Of a stretch of DNA of 36,018 bases, positions 12,464-21,878 are shown piece after piece (within the stretch, counting starts at the first letter, position 1; every line of letters begins with the position of its first letter). A program made the position numbers and the translations under genes. The notes under the pieces were generated by a model that ran no database searches, had not been told where the DNA came from, and saw only the letters and a list, made by a program, of their open reading frames with translations. The stretch lies in the IMG/VR virus record IMGVR_UViG_3300029305_003025, one strand, 5' to 3'. The DNA comes from a virus.

Positions 12464-12718
12464 ATGAACATAGAACAAATGCTAAAAGAATTAAAAAGAA
12501 GTAAGATATACGAAAGGAGAGAGTATATGAAATGCACAGGAAAAGAACAATCAAGTTGTAATGTAGAAAAAATGGGATGCAGAGGATGTGCTTTTGATGA
12601 TACAGAGAAAATAATACAGGAGATAATAGCACTGGTAGAAGAAGCAGAAAGAAGAGGTTGGGCTGATACAACAGTAGAGATAAGTAAAATAAAAGTGCTT
12701 ATAAATCTTATTAAGTAA
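12464..12718 (+). CDS. Hypothetical cysteine-containing protein
   Basis: MKCTGKEQSSCNVEKMGCRGCAFDDTEKIIQEI. Confidence 0.6.
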   Translation: MNIEQMLKELKRSKIYERREYMKCTGKEQSSCNVEKMGCRGCAFDDTEKIIQEIIALVEEAERRGWADTTVEISKIKVLINLIK

Positions 12719-12733
12719 CAAAGGAGGAAGAGT

Positions 12734-13156
12734 ATGAGGAAACAGTACAAGATACCCTACAAAATAAGAGAATACGTGAAGAATGAATTATATCAATATT
12801 GGGATAATTGTAAAGAATTTGAAGAATTAGAAAAAGAGATTATAGAAGAATCTGCATTACCACCAGACGGACAACCTAAAGGAAATGCTACAGGAAATCC
12901 AACTGAAAGAAAAGCTGTAAAAATAATAGAACAAACTAGTACGAGAAGAATGATAACAATAGAAAAGAAAATAAGAGCTATAGAAAAAGTTTATAAAAGA
13001 TTAATACCAGAAGAAATGGAAGTTGTAGAATTGATTTTTAAAGAAGGTAAAAATCAAATATATACACAAATGAATAACGGAATATCTAAAGATACATATT
13101 ACAATACAATGAATAAAGTTATATATATGACAGCCAAAGAGTTTGGAGAGATATAA
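12734..13156 (+). CDS. ArpU/RinA-like late transcription regulator
   Basis: Sigma-like phage protein; PPDGQPKGNATGNPTERKAVKI and C-terminal HTH ISKDTYYNTMNKVIYMTA; position before the packaging module. Confidence 0.65.
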   Translation: MRKQYKIPYKIREYVKNELYQYWDNCKEFEELEKEIIEESALPPDGQPKGNATGNPTERKAVKIIEQTSTRRMITIEKKIRAIEKVYKRLIPEEMEVVELIFKEGKNQIYTQMNNGISKDTYYNTMNKVIYMTAKEFGEI

Positions 13157-13222
13157 AATAGAGCTTACAGTTCCATAAACTGTAGGCTTTTTAAAAATAT
13201 TAAAAAAAGTTTATAAAAAGTA

Positions 13223-13251
13223 TTGACATACGTATATACGTAGTGTATAAT
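13223..13251 (+). promoter_or_regulatory. Promoter TTGACA-N17-TATAAT with a 14-bp palindrome filling the spacer
   Basis: TTGACA 13223-13228, TACGTATATACGTA 13229-13242, TATAAT 13246-13251. Confidence 0.8.
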
Positions 13252-13276
13252 ATATACAGAAAGTGAGGTGAGGGAA

Positions 13277-13396
13277 ATGAAACTAATAAAAAAAGTGCTT
13301 ATCTATCTAGCACATAGACAAGCACAAAAACAAAGACAAGTAAGAGAACAGCATAATCGAGAACAGATTAAACTAATCTTACAAGACTTTGAATAA
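13277..13396 (+). CDS. 39-aa basic peptide MKLIKKVLIYLAHRQAQKQRQVREQHNREQIKLILQDFE
   Basis: GTGAGG-type RBS, own promoter. Confidence 0.5.
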   Translation: MKLIKKVLIYLAHRQAQKQRQVREQHNREQIKLILQDFE

Positions 13397-13401
13397 ACCG
13401 A

Positions 13402-13418
13402 GAGGGCGAAAGCCCTCT
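13402..13418 (+). terminator. GAGGGC-GAAA-GCCCTC hairpin
   Basis: Stem-loop after the 39-aa gene. Confidence 0.55.
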
Positions 13419-13469
13419 TGCAAATATAATTATAATATAATAATATAAAAAAAGCAAGGAGGCTTTTGT

Positions 13470-13664
13470 ATGGAAGTGAAAAGAGATTATAAAAAAGAAT
13501 GGGAAAAAGAAAAAGAAACTAAAACAAGTAGATTAGTAAAAATAGATAAAGAATTATGGGAAGAATTAGATGTTAAATTAAAAGCAGAAAACAAAACCTT
13601 TACAGGGCTTGTACATGACGCTATATTGAAGTATCTTTATGGAGAAAATGAAAAAAATTTATAA
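13470..13664 (+). CDS. Small putative ribbon-helix-helix-like regulator
   Basis: SRLVKIDKELWEELDVKLKAENKTFTGLVHDAILKYL, Arc/CopG-like pattern. Confidence 0.5.
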   Translation: MEVKRDYKKEWEKEKETKTSRLVKIDKELWEELDVKLKAENKTFTGLVHDAILKYLYGENEKNL

Positions 13665-13773
13665 AGGTACGAAAAAAGTACGAGTACGAATTAGTTTTTC
13701 GTGTTATTATGATAGTAGGGAGAAAAACAAATATGCATCGATAGATGTAGTAATAAAGTTTTGCGGAGACAAA

Positions 13774-13804
13774 TTGGAAACAGTTTGTCTCTATTTTTGT
13801 TGAC
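13774..13804 (+). terminator. Hairpin GGAGACAAA...TTTGTCTC followed by T-rich tract
   Basis: 8-bp inverted repeat then TATTTTTGTT. Confidence 0.5.
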
Positions 13805-13851
13805 AAAGTATACATAAAATGATAAAATATGGATGCCAAAACCAATTGGTT
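13800..13851 (+). promoter_or_regulatory. Promoter TTGACA-N17-TAAAAT plus AACCAATTGGTT palindrome
   Basis: -35 at 13800-13805, -10 at 13823-13828, palindrome 13840-13851. Confidence 0.65.
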
Positions 13852-13877
13852 AATTTATAACGAAAGGAGCATCCATC

Positions 13878-14006
13878 ATGTCTGACGATTATGATTACTT
13901 GGGACCCGATGAACTCGTTGAGTGCCCCGATTGCGACGGTACAGGAGTTGATGATGACGGCGACACATGTGGCTATTGCGCAGGTACAGGTTATGTAAGC
14001 AAATAA
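13878..14006 (+). CDS. 42-aa DnaJ-like zinc-finger mini-protein in an independent cassette
   Basis: CPDCDGTG...CGYCAGTG; good RBS; markedly higher GC than its surroundings; followed by a terminator. Confidence 0.75.
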   Translation: MSDDYDYLGPDELVECPDCDGTGVDDDGDTCGYCAGTGYVSK

Positions 14007-14018
14007 AATCCTAAAGGA

Positions 14019-14048
14019 AGCACCCGCTTTTGTGGGTGCTTTTTATTT
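14019..14048 (+). terminator. Rho-independent terminator
   Basis: AAGCACCCGCTTTTGTGGGTGCTTTTTATTT. Confidence 0.8.
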
Positions 14049-14059
14049 GGAGGATAGAA

Positions 14060-14250
14060 AGGTAGCTATCACACCTAAATTGAAATAGCTGAATGTTGGC
14101 GAAATGCCACTGTTTACAGCAGGTCAGTTATCTGTAATTCAATTGGGTCTTACAAGAGATGTAGGGGTGCCGACCCACCCAAATATAAAGTTATTATCCA
14201 ATACTAGATAAGGTTAATATAAATCCTGTAATTCCTTTTGGGATTACCTC
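14060..14250 (+). ncRNA. Candidate structured non-coding RNA with possible pseudoknot
   Basis: AGCTAT/ATAGCT, AATTGAA(14078-84)/TTCAATT(14138-44), GGGTC/GACCC with inner TACA/TGTA, GTAATTCC/GGGATTAC; no ORF in ~500 nt. Confidence 0.45.
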
Positions 14251-14327
14251 CTTTCAAAAATTGTTAAATTTAGCCCTTAAGTGTATTCTAGTTAACACTT
14301 GTATATAGTACGCAGAATGTACTCAAT

Positions 14328-14362
14328 TATAACAATATGACTGCTCTATAAATATTGTTATA
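14328..14362. repeat. 11-bp inverted repeat TATAACAATAT-N13-ATATTGTTATA
   Basis: Direct inspection. Confidence 0.6.
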
Positions 14363-14557
14363 TGTGCATTTTGCGTAGTGTATATAGTATGTAGTGATAT
14401 AGAATAAACTAATTAACGGTTTTTACATATTAAGTTATGGTTTGAAGTGCGACCTGCAACCTAAACGGACAAAAAACAATAAAGAGCACCATAAGTAGAA
14501 TTGGGCTACTTTATATCATTACATAGTGTATATAAATAAAACAAAGGAAAAGGAAAA

Positions 14558-14839
14558 ATGGTTAAAGAATTATGTCTCAGATTTCAATGCAAAGATTGTC
14601 CAGAACAAACCAAATGTTTCGGATGTGAGCATAACTATATATTAATTAAATCAGAGAGCATGAGTAATGTATATAAATGCAGTCACTGTGGAAATAAATT
14701 GCGTTTAAATAAAAACAATTCTTGCTGTGAGTGTATTCATAAATGTAAAGGGAAAGTAAAAACAGAAATAGACAAACAAAACAATATATATAAAATATGC
14801 AATAACTTTAATAAGGGAGGAAAAGAAGATGAAGATTAA
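14558..14839 (+). CDS. Cysteine-rich zinc-ribbon protein
   Basis: CKDCPEQTKCFGC, CSHCG, CCEC. Confidence 0.65.
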   Translation: MVKELCLRFQCKDCPEQTKCFGCEHNYILIKSESMSNVYKCSHCGNKLRLNKNNSCCECIHKCKGKVKTEIDKQNNIYKICNNFNKGGKEDED

Positions 14840-15051
14840 AGCATTAATAGATTATAAAGATAAACAATTAAATAAAGATATTAAGAAACGGAGATATTTA
14901 CGAAGTTTCAGAAAAGCGAGGCAAAGAAATCATTAACGCAAAGTTTAAAGGACAAGCTTATGCGGAGGAAGTAAAAGAAGTTAAACCTCAAAAAGAGAAA
15001 AGCGAGGTAAAGAAAGGAACAAAGAAAAGTGAAAAAGAGAATAGGAGATAA
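14829..15051 (+). CDS. 73-aa phage protein requiring a +1 shift at CGG 14889-14891
   Basis: MKIKALIDYKDKQLNKDIKK-G-DIYEVSEKRGKEIINAKFKGQAYAEEVKE...; a pattern typical of small phage packaging/head-region proteins. Length 223 = 3x74+1. Confidence 0.85.
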
Positions 15052-15259
15052 AGTTATATTCAAAAAGGAAGCGGAAGAACTTAATATAACTAAAATATTT
15101 AACTATAAAGAAAGATTAAAAGATAAAGAGTTAATAGTTGAAGATATAGTAGATTGTCCATGCGATGATGAAAGAATGGACTGTTTAAAATTTGTAGGAA
15201 TAGATGACTTTTGGTTTAGAGCAGGTTTCTTTGAAATAATAGAGAGAATAGAAGAATAA
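15029..15259 (+). CDS. Hypothetical protein
   Basis: Supplied ORF, GTG start. Confidence 0.6.
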   Translation: MKKRIGDKVIFKKEAEELNITKIFNYKERLKDKELIVEDIVDCPCDDERMDCLKFVGIDDFWFRAGFFEIIERIEE

Positions 15260-15262
15260 AAA

Positions 15263-15601
15263 ATGTACACAGTAGAGCAGATAAGGGAATTAATTAGAAG
15301 CGGAAAAAAGAAAAAGATATATGATGACCCATATTGGAAAGATTATTTAAGCAAAGAAATATTAAAAAGAGATAATTACGAATGTCAAGAATGCAAAAGA
15401 GAAGGCAAGCTAACAATCAAGGAACATAATAAGAAACTAGACGTTCATCATATAAAAGAGATAGAACAATATCCAGAGCTAACATATGTAAAAGATAATT
15501 TAATGACAGTATGTGTACATCATCATAATATACTTGATAATAAAAATCCATTTAAAAATATAAAACATAAAAAGAAATTTGTTAATGAGGAGAGATGGTA
15601 A
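15263..15601 (+). CDS. HNH endonuclease
   Basis: CQECKREG...LDVHHIKEI...DNLMTVCVHHHN. Confidence 0.9.
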   Translation: MYTVEQIRELIRSGKKKKIYDDPYWKDYLSKEILKRDNYECQECKREGKLTIKEHNKKLDVHHIKEIEQYPELTYVKDNLMTVCVHHHNILDNKNPFKNIKHKKKFVNEERW

Positions 15602-16041
15602 TGGCAAGAGCAAAGAAGATAGAAGAAGAAATAAAAGAAGCAGAGGAAAAGACAGAAGAAATATCAAAAGAATTAGATGTTAATGAAGTAAATACAGAAG
15701 CGGAAACAATAAATGATGTTGTAGTTAAAGTATTTGATAAGGAGTATAGAATATCAGATTTAATAGCAATAACAGATAAAGAAGATAAAACTTATGAAGA
15801 AAAAGAAATATCAAAGAAGTTTAAACTATTAATGAAGAACTATTATGAAGGAATACTTTACGCATCATTAACAGTATGTTGTGGTAAAAGATATACAATA
15901 GATGATTTAAAGAGAAAACTAAAAGAAGCGGATACATATTCAATAATAGATATAAGATGTAGTAGAAATAACATAAGGTTTGATAAAGATACTGTTGATA
16001 CTGTTATAAAAGTAGCAGAAAAGTATAATCTTGATAAATAG
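15601..16041 (+). CDS. Hypothetical protein upstream of terminase
   Basis: ORF with AGGAGAGA RBS. Confidence 0.55.
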   Translation: MARAKKIEEEIKEAEEKTEEISKELDVNEVNTEAETINDVVVKVFDKEYRISDLIAITDKEDKTYEEKEISKKFKLLMKNYYEGILYASLTVCCGKRYTIDDLKRKLKEADTYSIIDIRCSRNNIRFDKDTVDTVIKVAEKYNLDK

Positions 16042-16145
16042 AAAGCCCCCCTTAAAAAGTTTTGGCTAAAATTCACAAGCTCTCGAACGGGGAGGGTTCA
16101 CGACAAAAGAAAAATGACTTTCACGCGTATAAAGGGGGTAGGAAA

Positions 16146-16523
16146 ATGGCAACCAAATCAACAAAAAAACCTAGTAGAAAAAAAGAGGAAGAATTTGAAA
16201 AAAACACATCAGATAAGAAGAATGCTATAAAAGAGGATCTACAAGCACAACTTATTTCGCAAGGAAAATTCGGAAAACACTTTGATGATATGATAGAAGA
16301 TTATTTATATTTAGTAGATTTAAAAGAAAGATTAAAAAAAGACATAAACGATAATGGAATAAGATATAAATCAACAGGTGGAAATGGGTTTACAACATAT
16401 AAGCCTAATGAAAGCTGTGAAAGATTATTAAAAACGAATGCACAGATGCTAAAGATTTTACAAGACTTAGATTTGAAAGCACCAGATGAAGGTGGTGGAG
16501 ATGAAGGGGATGATTTATTGTAA
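16146..16523 (+). CDS. terS: Terminase small subunit, P27-like
   Basis: DLQAQLISQGKFGKHFDDMIEDYLYLVDLKERLKKDI, adjacent to large subunit. Confidence 0.75.
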   Translation: MATKSTKKPSRKKEEEFEKNTSDKKNAIKEDLQAQLISQGKFGKHFDDMIEDYLYLVDLKERLKKDINDNGIRYKSTGGNGFTTYKPNESCERLLKTNAQMLKILQDLDLKAPDEGGGDEGDDLL

Positions 16524-18141
16524 GGAAATAGATGATTATTTAAAATATTGCAAAGAAAATCCAGAAAAAATAAATGAAGATAGAAAATTGCTTATAAAAA
16601 ACATCGTAGAACCTTTATTAAAAAGGGAGGATGTTTTTTTTGATAGTGAAACATATTATAAATGTATTTCGTATTGTGAAAGATGGTATTACAAATTGTT
16701 TCCATATCAAAAGTTTATATATGCATTTGTTTTTATGTATAAAGATGACATTCCAGTCTTTAAAACTTTTGTAATCTTGATGGGAAGAGGTAACGGAAAA
16801 GACGGAATGATGTCTCCTTTAATGAACTTTTTACAATCTAGGTTGTATGGAGTGCCTAAATACAGCATTGATATTGTGGCTACTTCAGAAGAACAATCGC
16901 AAGATACATTCAATGTTGTTTATGATATGTTAGAAAACAACAAGAAAAAATTTGAAAAATATTTTTATTGGAACAAAGAAATAATTATAGATAAAAAAAC
17001 TAAAGGATTTTACAGATTTAATACATCTAATGCAAAAACAAAAGATGGTAAAAAAGATGGTGCAATATTATTTAATGAATATCATGCTTATGAAAATGAT
17101 GGACAAATAAAAGTATTTCAAAGTGGTTTAGGTAAAGTAAAACACGCAAGAATATTTATAATTACAACAAATGGATATGTAAGAGGTGGACCTTTAGATG
17201 AATTATTAAATGTTTGTGAAAAAATACTTAATGGAATGCCTAATACAGTTAGATATTATCCGTTTTTATGTAGGATAGACAAAAAAGAGGAAGCAGATGA
17301 TGAGAAAAAATGGATAAAAGCTAATCCATCTTTAGAATATATGCCAGATTTATTTAATGAAATAAAAACAGACTATGAGGAAATGAAACTATTTCCAAGT
17401 AAAATATCTGAATTTATGACAAAAAGGATGAATTTGCCAGAGCAGAAAGAAGAAGAGGTTGCTGTAGAATGGTCTTTAATTGAAAAAACCAACAAAGAAA
17501 TAATTAATTTAGAAAGACAGTCATGTGTTTGTGGTATAGATTATGCAAGTTTATCAGATTTTGCATCTGTATTTTTATTGTTTAAAAAAGATAATAAATA
17601 TTATGGAATTACGCATTCTTGGTTTTGTAAAAACAGTAAAGATAAAAAAAGAATACAAGCACCACTGAAAGATTGGCAAACAAGAGGTTTATTAACGGAA
17701 GTTGATGATGTAGAAATAAAGCCTAAACTAATATTTGATTGGATAAGTGAAAAAGGCAGGATATACAATATAAAGAAAATAGCAGTTGATAATTTTAGAT
17801 ATGCGTTAATAAGCAAGGAAATGAACGAAATAGGGTTTGATGCTAAGAATAAGGAACAGGTTAAGCTAGTTAGACCAAGCGATATTGCAAAAATACAGCC
17901 TGTTATTGAGAGCATATTTGTAAATCAAAATATTGCATGGGGAGACAATCCTTTAATGCGTTGGTTTACAAACAATACAAAATTAGTACCTTGGCAGAAC
18001 AACACTAAAGTGTTTGGAAAAATAGAGCCAAAATCAAGAAAAACAGATGGATTTATGGCATTTGTTGCATCTATGACAGTATCAGAAGAATTAACAGTTA
18101 TTAATGAGAATGCACAAATATTTGATTCAATAGATTTTTAG
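16507..18141 (+). CDS. terL: Terminase large subunit
   Basis: FKTFVILMGRGNGKDGMM, DIVATSEEQSQDTFNVVYDML, CVCGIDYASLSDFASVFLL. Confidence 0.93.
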   Translation, partial: GMIYCKEIDDYLKYCKENPEKINEDRKLLIKNIVEPLLKREDVFFDSETYYKCISYCERWYYKLFPYQKFIYAFVFMYKDDIPVFKTFVILMGRGNGKDGMMSPLMNFLQSRLYGVPKYSIDIVATSEEQSQDTFNVVYDMLENNKKKFEKYFYWNKEIIIDKKTKGFYRFNTSNAKTKDGKKDGAILFNEYHAYENDGQIKVFQSGLGKVKHARIFIITTNGYVRGGPLDELLNVCEKILNGMPNTVRYYPFLCRIDKKEEADDEKKWIKANPSLEYMPDLFNEIKTDYEEMKLFPSKISEFMTKRMNLPEQKEEEVAVEWSLIEKTNKEIINLERQSCVCGIDYASLSDFASVFLLFKKDNKYYGITHSWFCKNSKDKKRIQAPLKDWQTRGLLTEVDDVEIKPKLIFDWISEKGRIYNIKKIAVDNFRYALISKEMNEIGFDAKNKEQVKLVRPSDIAKIQPVIESIFVNQNIAWGDNPLMRWFTNNTKLVPWQNNTKVFGKIEPKSRKTDGFMAFVASMTVSEELTVINENAQIFDSIDF

Positions 18142-18156
18142 AAAGGAAATAAGAAA

Positions 18157-19272
18157 ATGGGCATAAAAGATGTTTTTGGAAGATTTTTTAATAAAAATGA
18201 TACATTTTATAACAGCTATGCTGAAGATGTAGCTAAAGAAATATATTATAAAGAATTAGCAATAGCTAGTGCAATAAATATAATAGCAAAATTAATAACT
18301 AATTCAGAGATTAGAACATTTACAGATAAAAAAGAGGTGTTTAAACACAATTATTATAGGTTCAATGTTGAACCAAATCAAAATCAAAATGCAAGTGAAT
18401 TTAAATCTGAATTAATATGGAAACTTTTTTATGACAATGAAGCGTTAGTTATAGAAGAAAATGGAATGTATTACATTGCAGATTCTTTTTCTAAAAACGA
18501 AAGAACGTTATATCAAACATTTTTCACAAATGTAAGTGTTGGAGGCTTAACTTTTAACAAAACTTACTACATGGAAGATGTTTTTTATTTTAAGTTAAAT
18601 AATTCAAAGATAAAGAACTTATTAGATGGATTATACAACAGTTATGGAATACTTATAACTCAATGCATGAATGATTATAGAAAAGCGAGAAGTGTAAGAG
18701 GAAAAGTTAAATTAAACACAACATGGTCTCAAAAATTTGATGACCAAGCAAAACTACAAGAAGCTATAAGATCAAAGTTTCGTTCTTATTTTTCATCAGA
18801 TAATGCGGTTATACCAATGGAAGAAGGATTTGATTTTACTGAAAGTGAAAAGAAATCCGTGACATCATCTGAAGATGTTAATAAAATAATCGAAGGAATT
18901 TTTGATATTGTTGCAATTGCCTTTAACATTCCAAAAGGAATTATCAAAGGAGAATTGTCTGAAATCAAAGAGGAAACAAAGAATTTATTAACATTATCAG
19001 TAAAACCTGTTGCAAAATTATTGGAAGATGAAATTAATCGTAAATTATATGGTGAAATAGCATATAGCAAAGGCTCAAAAATTAAGGTAGATATTAGCAG
19101 AATTGAACATATAAGTATATTTGATGTTGCTGGAAGCCTTGATGTATTAACAAGAATAGGATTTTCTCATAATTTCTTATTAAGAGCAATCGGAGAAGAA
19201 CTTATTGATGAAGATTGGGCTAATGCACATTATATTACCAAAAATTATCAAAAACAGGAAGGAGGTAAGTAA
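18157..19272 (+). CDS. Portal protein (HK97 type)
   Basis: Position and AIASAINIIAKLITNSEIRTF; AFNIPKGIIKGELSEIKEETKNLLTLSVKPVAKLLEDEINRKL. Confidence 0.9.
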   Translation: MGIKDVFGRFFNKNDTFYNSYAEDVAKEIYYKELAIASAINIIAKLITNSEIRTFTDKKEVFKHNYYRFNVEPNQNQNASEFKSELIWKLFYDNEALVIEENGMYYIADSFSKNERTLYQTFFTNVSVGGLTFNKTYYMEDVFYFKLNNSKIKNLLDGLYNSYGILITQCMNDYRKARSVRGKVKLNTTWSQKFDDQAKLQEAIRSKFRSYFSSDNAVIPMEEGFDFTESEKKSVTSSEDVNKIIEGIFDIVAIAFNIPKGIIKGELSEIKEETKNLLTLSVKPVAKLLEDEINRKLYGEIAYSKGSKIKVDISRIEHISIFDVAGSLDVLTRIGFSHNFLLRAIGEELIDEDWANAHYITKNYQKQEGGK

Positions 19273-20084
19273 TGGACAAAAAGTTTTATAGTTTTGAAAA
19301 ACAATCAGACAGCGTTGTAGATTTATATATTTATGGATATATAACATCTTATGAATGGGATGAATCAGATGTTTCAGCATGGGGATTCAAACAAGAATTA
19401 GAAAATTTAGGAGAAATATCAGAAATAAATATTCACATTAATTCATACGGAGGAGAAACTTTTCAAGGTTTAGCAATATACAACTTATTAAAACAGCATA
19501 AAGCACAAATTAATGTTTATATAGATGGAATTGCAGCCTCATCAGCCTCAATAATAGCAATGGCAGGAAATAAAATTTATATGCCAAAGACTGCTTTAAT
19601 GATGATACATAATTGCTGGCTTTGGACAGTTGGAAATTCAAAAGAATTAAGAAAGACTGCTGATGATATGGATAAAATTGCTGTAGCTTATAAAGAAGCA
19701 TATTTATCTAAGGTTAATATAACAGAAGATAAACTTGATAAATTACTTGATGAAGAAACATATTTAACTGCAGATGAATGTATAGAAATGGGATTTGCAG
19801 ATGAAATAATAGAATTAAAAACAAATAGTTCTATAAATCAACATGCAAATATGTGTTTATTAAAACTTGTAAACAAACTAAAACAACAAGAAAAAGAAAA
19901 AACAGTCGTTATTGATGTTAGTGAAGAAACAGTAAATAAAATAGCTAAAGAAATCAGTGATAATCTGTTAAATGGTTCAGCAAATGAAGAACCAAAGGGA
20001 CTATTAAATAGTCTAGAAGAAAATAAAAAAGTTCAAAAACAAGATACCTTAATGGTGTCTTTTTTAAATAAATTTTTAAAATAA
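19272..20084 (+). CDS. ClpP-like prohead protease
   Basis: INSYGGETFQGLAIYNLLKQHKAQINVYIDGIAASSASIIAMAG, MMIHN. Confidence 0.93.
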   Translation: MDKKFYSFEKQSDSVVDLYIYGYITSYEWDESDVSAWGFKQELENLGEISEINIHINSYGGETFQGLAIYNLLKQHKAQINVYIDGIAASSASIIAMAGNKIYMPKTALMMIHNCWLWTVGNSKELRKTADDMDKIAVAYKEAYLSKVNITEDKLDKLLDEETYLTADECIEMGFADEIIELKTNSSINQHANMCLLKLVNKLKQQEKEKTVVIDVSEETVNKIAKEISDNLLNGSANEEPKGLLNSLEENKKVQKQDTLMVSFLNKFLK

Positions 20085-20100
20085 AAGGGAGGAAATTTAA

Positions 20101-21240
20101 ATGGAAAATTTAGATTTAAAATTAACAAATGAGGAATTAAAAACAAAAATGAAAGAAGCTGTAGAAAGTGGAGACAATGCAAAACAAGTAGAAGCATTAA
20201 CAGAATTAATGCAATATGTAGCACAAGAAACAACTATGGAAGTGACAAAAACAATGAGACAAACAAACAATGACAATATGATAATGACATCAAGAGGAGC
20301 TAAATTATTAACATCAGAAGAAGTGACATATTACAATAAATTAGCTGAAGCAATGAAAGCTAATCAATCAATAAGTGATATAGACGCAGTAATGCCAACT
20401 ACTACAATTGATAGAATATTTGAAGATTTAGAGGCACAACATCCAATACTTTCAGTAATAAACTTTCAAAATGTTACTGGAATGGTTGAATTTATAGTTA
20501 GAACTGGTGATGTAACTCCAGCATGGTGGGGAAAATTAACTGATGAAATCAAAAAAGAATTAGAAAGTGGATTTGATAAAAAACCTGTTAACTTATACAA
20601 ATTAAGTGCTTTCTTACCAATTTGTAAAGCTCATTTAGATTTAGGACCAGCTTGGTTAGATTCTTTCATAAGAAGATTTATTGTTGAAGCATTAAGCCTT
20701 GGACTTGAAGAAGGAATAGTAACAGGAACAGGTAAAGACCAACCAATAGGTATGAACAGAGATTTAGAAGGAGCAGTTGTAGAAGGTGTTTATCCTGAAA
20801 AAGAAGCTCTTCCTATAACTGATTTAAAACCTGCAACAATGGGTGCTTTAGCAGCTAAATTAACAAATGGAGGTAAAAGAGTTGTTACTAAAATGTTAAT
20901 GGTAGTAAATCCAATAGATTATTTAACAAAAATATTCCCTGCAACTACAATATTAAATGCAAATGGAACATATGTAAATAATGTATTACCATTCCCAACA
21001 GATGTTATACAATGTCCTGCTGTTGCACAAGGAAAAGCAGTTGTTGGACTAGCTCCTAAATATTTTATGGGATTAGGTTCAACAAAGAAAATAGAAGAAT
21101 CTGATGAATATCGTTTCTTAGAAGATGAAAGAGTTTACCTAGGAAAATTATATGGAAATGGTTTCCCTGTTGATAACAATTCATTCTTAAATGTTGATAT
21201 TTCTGGAATCGAGGCTGTAGAATTAACTGCAGAAGTATAG
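20101..21240 (+). CDS. Major capsid protein (HK97 fold)
   Basis: Position; RGAKLLTSEEVTYYNKL...PTTTIDRIFEDLEAQHPILSVINF. Confidence 0.9.
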   Translation: MENLDLKLTNEELKTKMKEAVESGDNAKQVEALTELMQYVAQETTMEVTKTMRQTNNDNMIMTSRGAKLLTSEEVTYYNKLAEAMKANQSISDIDAVMPTTTIDRIFEDLEAQHPILSVINFQNVTGMVEFIVRTGDVTPAWWGKLTDEIKKELESGFDKKPVNLYKLSAFLPICKAHLDLGPAWLDSFIRRFIVEALSLGLEEGIVTGTGKDQPIGMNRDLEGAVVEGVYPEKEALPITDLKPATMGALAAKLTNGGKRVVTKMLMVVNPIDYLTKIFPATTILNANGTYVNNVLPFPTDVIQCPAVAQGKAVVGLAPKYFMGLGSTKKIEESDEYRFLEDERVYLGKLYGNGFPVDNNSFLNVDISGIEAVELTAEV

Positions 21241-21250
21241 AGGTGATTAG

Positions 21251-21538
21251 ATGGATAAATTACTATATGAGGTAAAACCATATATTCACGTTACTTGGGA
21301 TGATGAAGATAAAGAGATAAACGATTTAATTCTAGAGGCAAAACAGTACCTATCTGAAAAGGTAGGTACTGAGATTAATTACGATAAAGATTTAGTAGCT
21401 AAAGGTTTATTGAAAGATTATTGCAGATATGTAAGAAACTTTTCTAAAGAATATTTTGAAAAAAATTTCCTAAATGAAATTCAAAATTTACAATTTAAAT
21501 ATGCAATAGAAACTAATGAAGGTGATACTAATGAATGA
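21251..21538 (+). CDS. Head-tail connector, gp6-like
   Basis: Position and size; KPYIHVTWDDEDKEINDLILEAKQYLSEKVG. Confidence 0.75.
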   Translation: MDKLLYEVKPYIHVTWDDEDKEINDLILEAKQYLSEKVGTEINYDKDLVAKGLLKDYCRYVRNFSKEYFEKNFLNEIQNLQFKYAIETNEGDTNE

Positions 21539-21878
21539 AAAACAAAAACTAAAGCATGAAACTTATAATGATGGTTTTATAACTTACGGATTAATTCAAC
21601 CTATTAGAAACCAAAATAAAGTAAAAATAGGCGAGGAATTGAAAAAGAAAGGGATATTACCTTATGAGTTAATGTCTGTAAGAGACAATGATAATTTAAT
21701 TGCAGATTCTTTGGGATATACAATAGACAAAAAGATAAAAGTTCCATATAGAATTTTGCCAGAAAACATTAAAGTTAAAATCGGTAAAATTATATATGAC
21801 ATCGTAAAAAAAGATGCTTCTGACAAAGTAAATTTATATTTATATTTACAAATAGCTTCTAATAAGGAGGTTAAATAA
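21534..21878 (+). CDS. Head closure/head-tail joining protein
   Basis: Position; short ORF typical of this module. Confidence 0.6.
   Translation, partial: NEKQKLKHETYNDGFITYGLIQPIRNQNKVKIGEELKKKGILPYELMSVRDNDNLIADSLGYTIDKKIKVPYRILPENIKVKIGKIIYDIVKKDASDKVNLYLYLQIASNKEVK

Noticed and set aside
13741-13800. CGG at ~13774 in the frame ...NKVLRRQIGN
   Set aside because: No start codon in a supportable ORF (stop just upstream); the sequence forms a terminator-like hairpin, so it was not counted as an in-frame CGG.
14060-14250. Group I intron or phage tRNA
   Set aside because: No canonical group I core sequences and no flanking split gene; no cloverleaf could be drawn.
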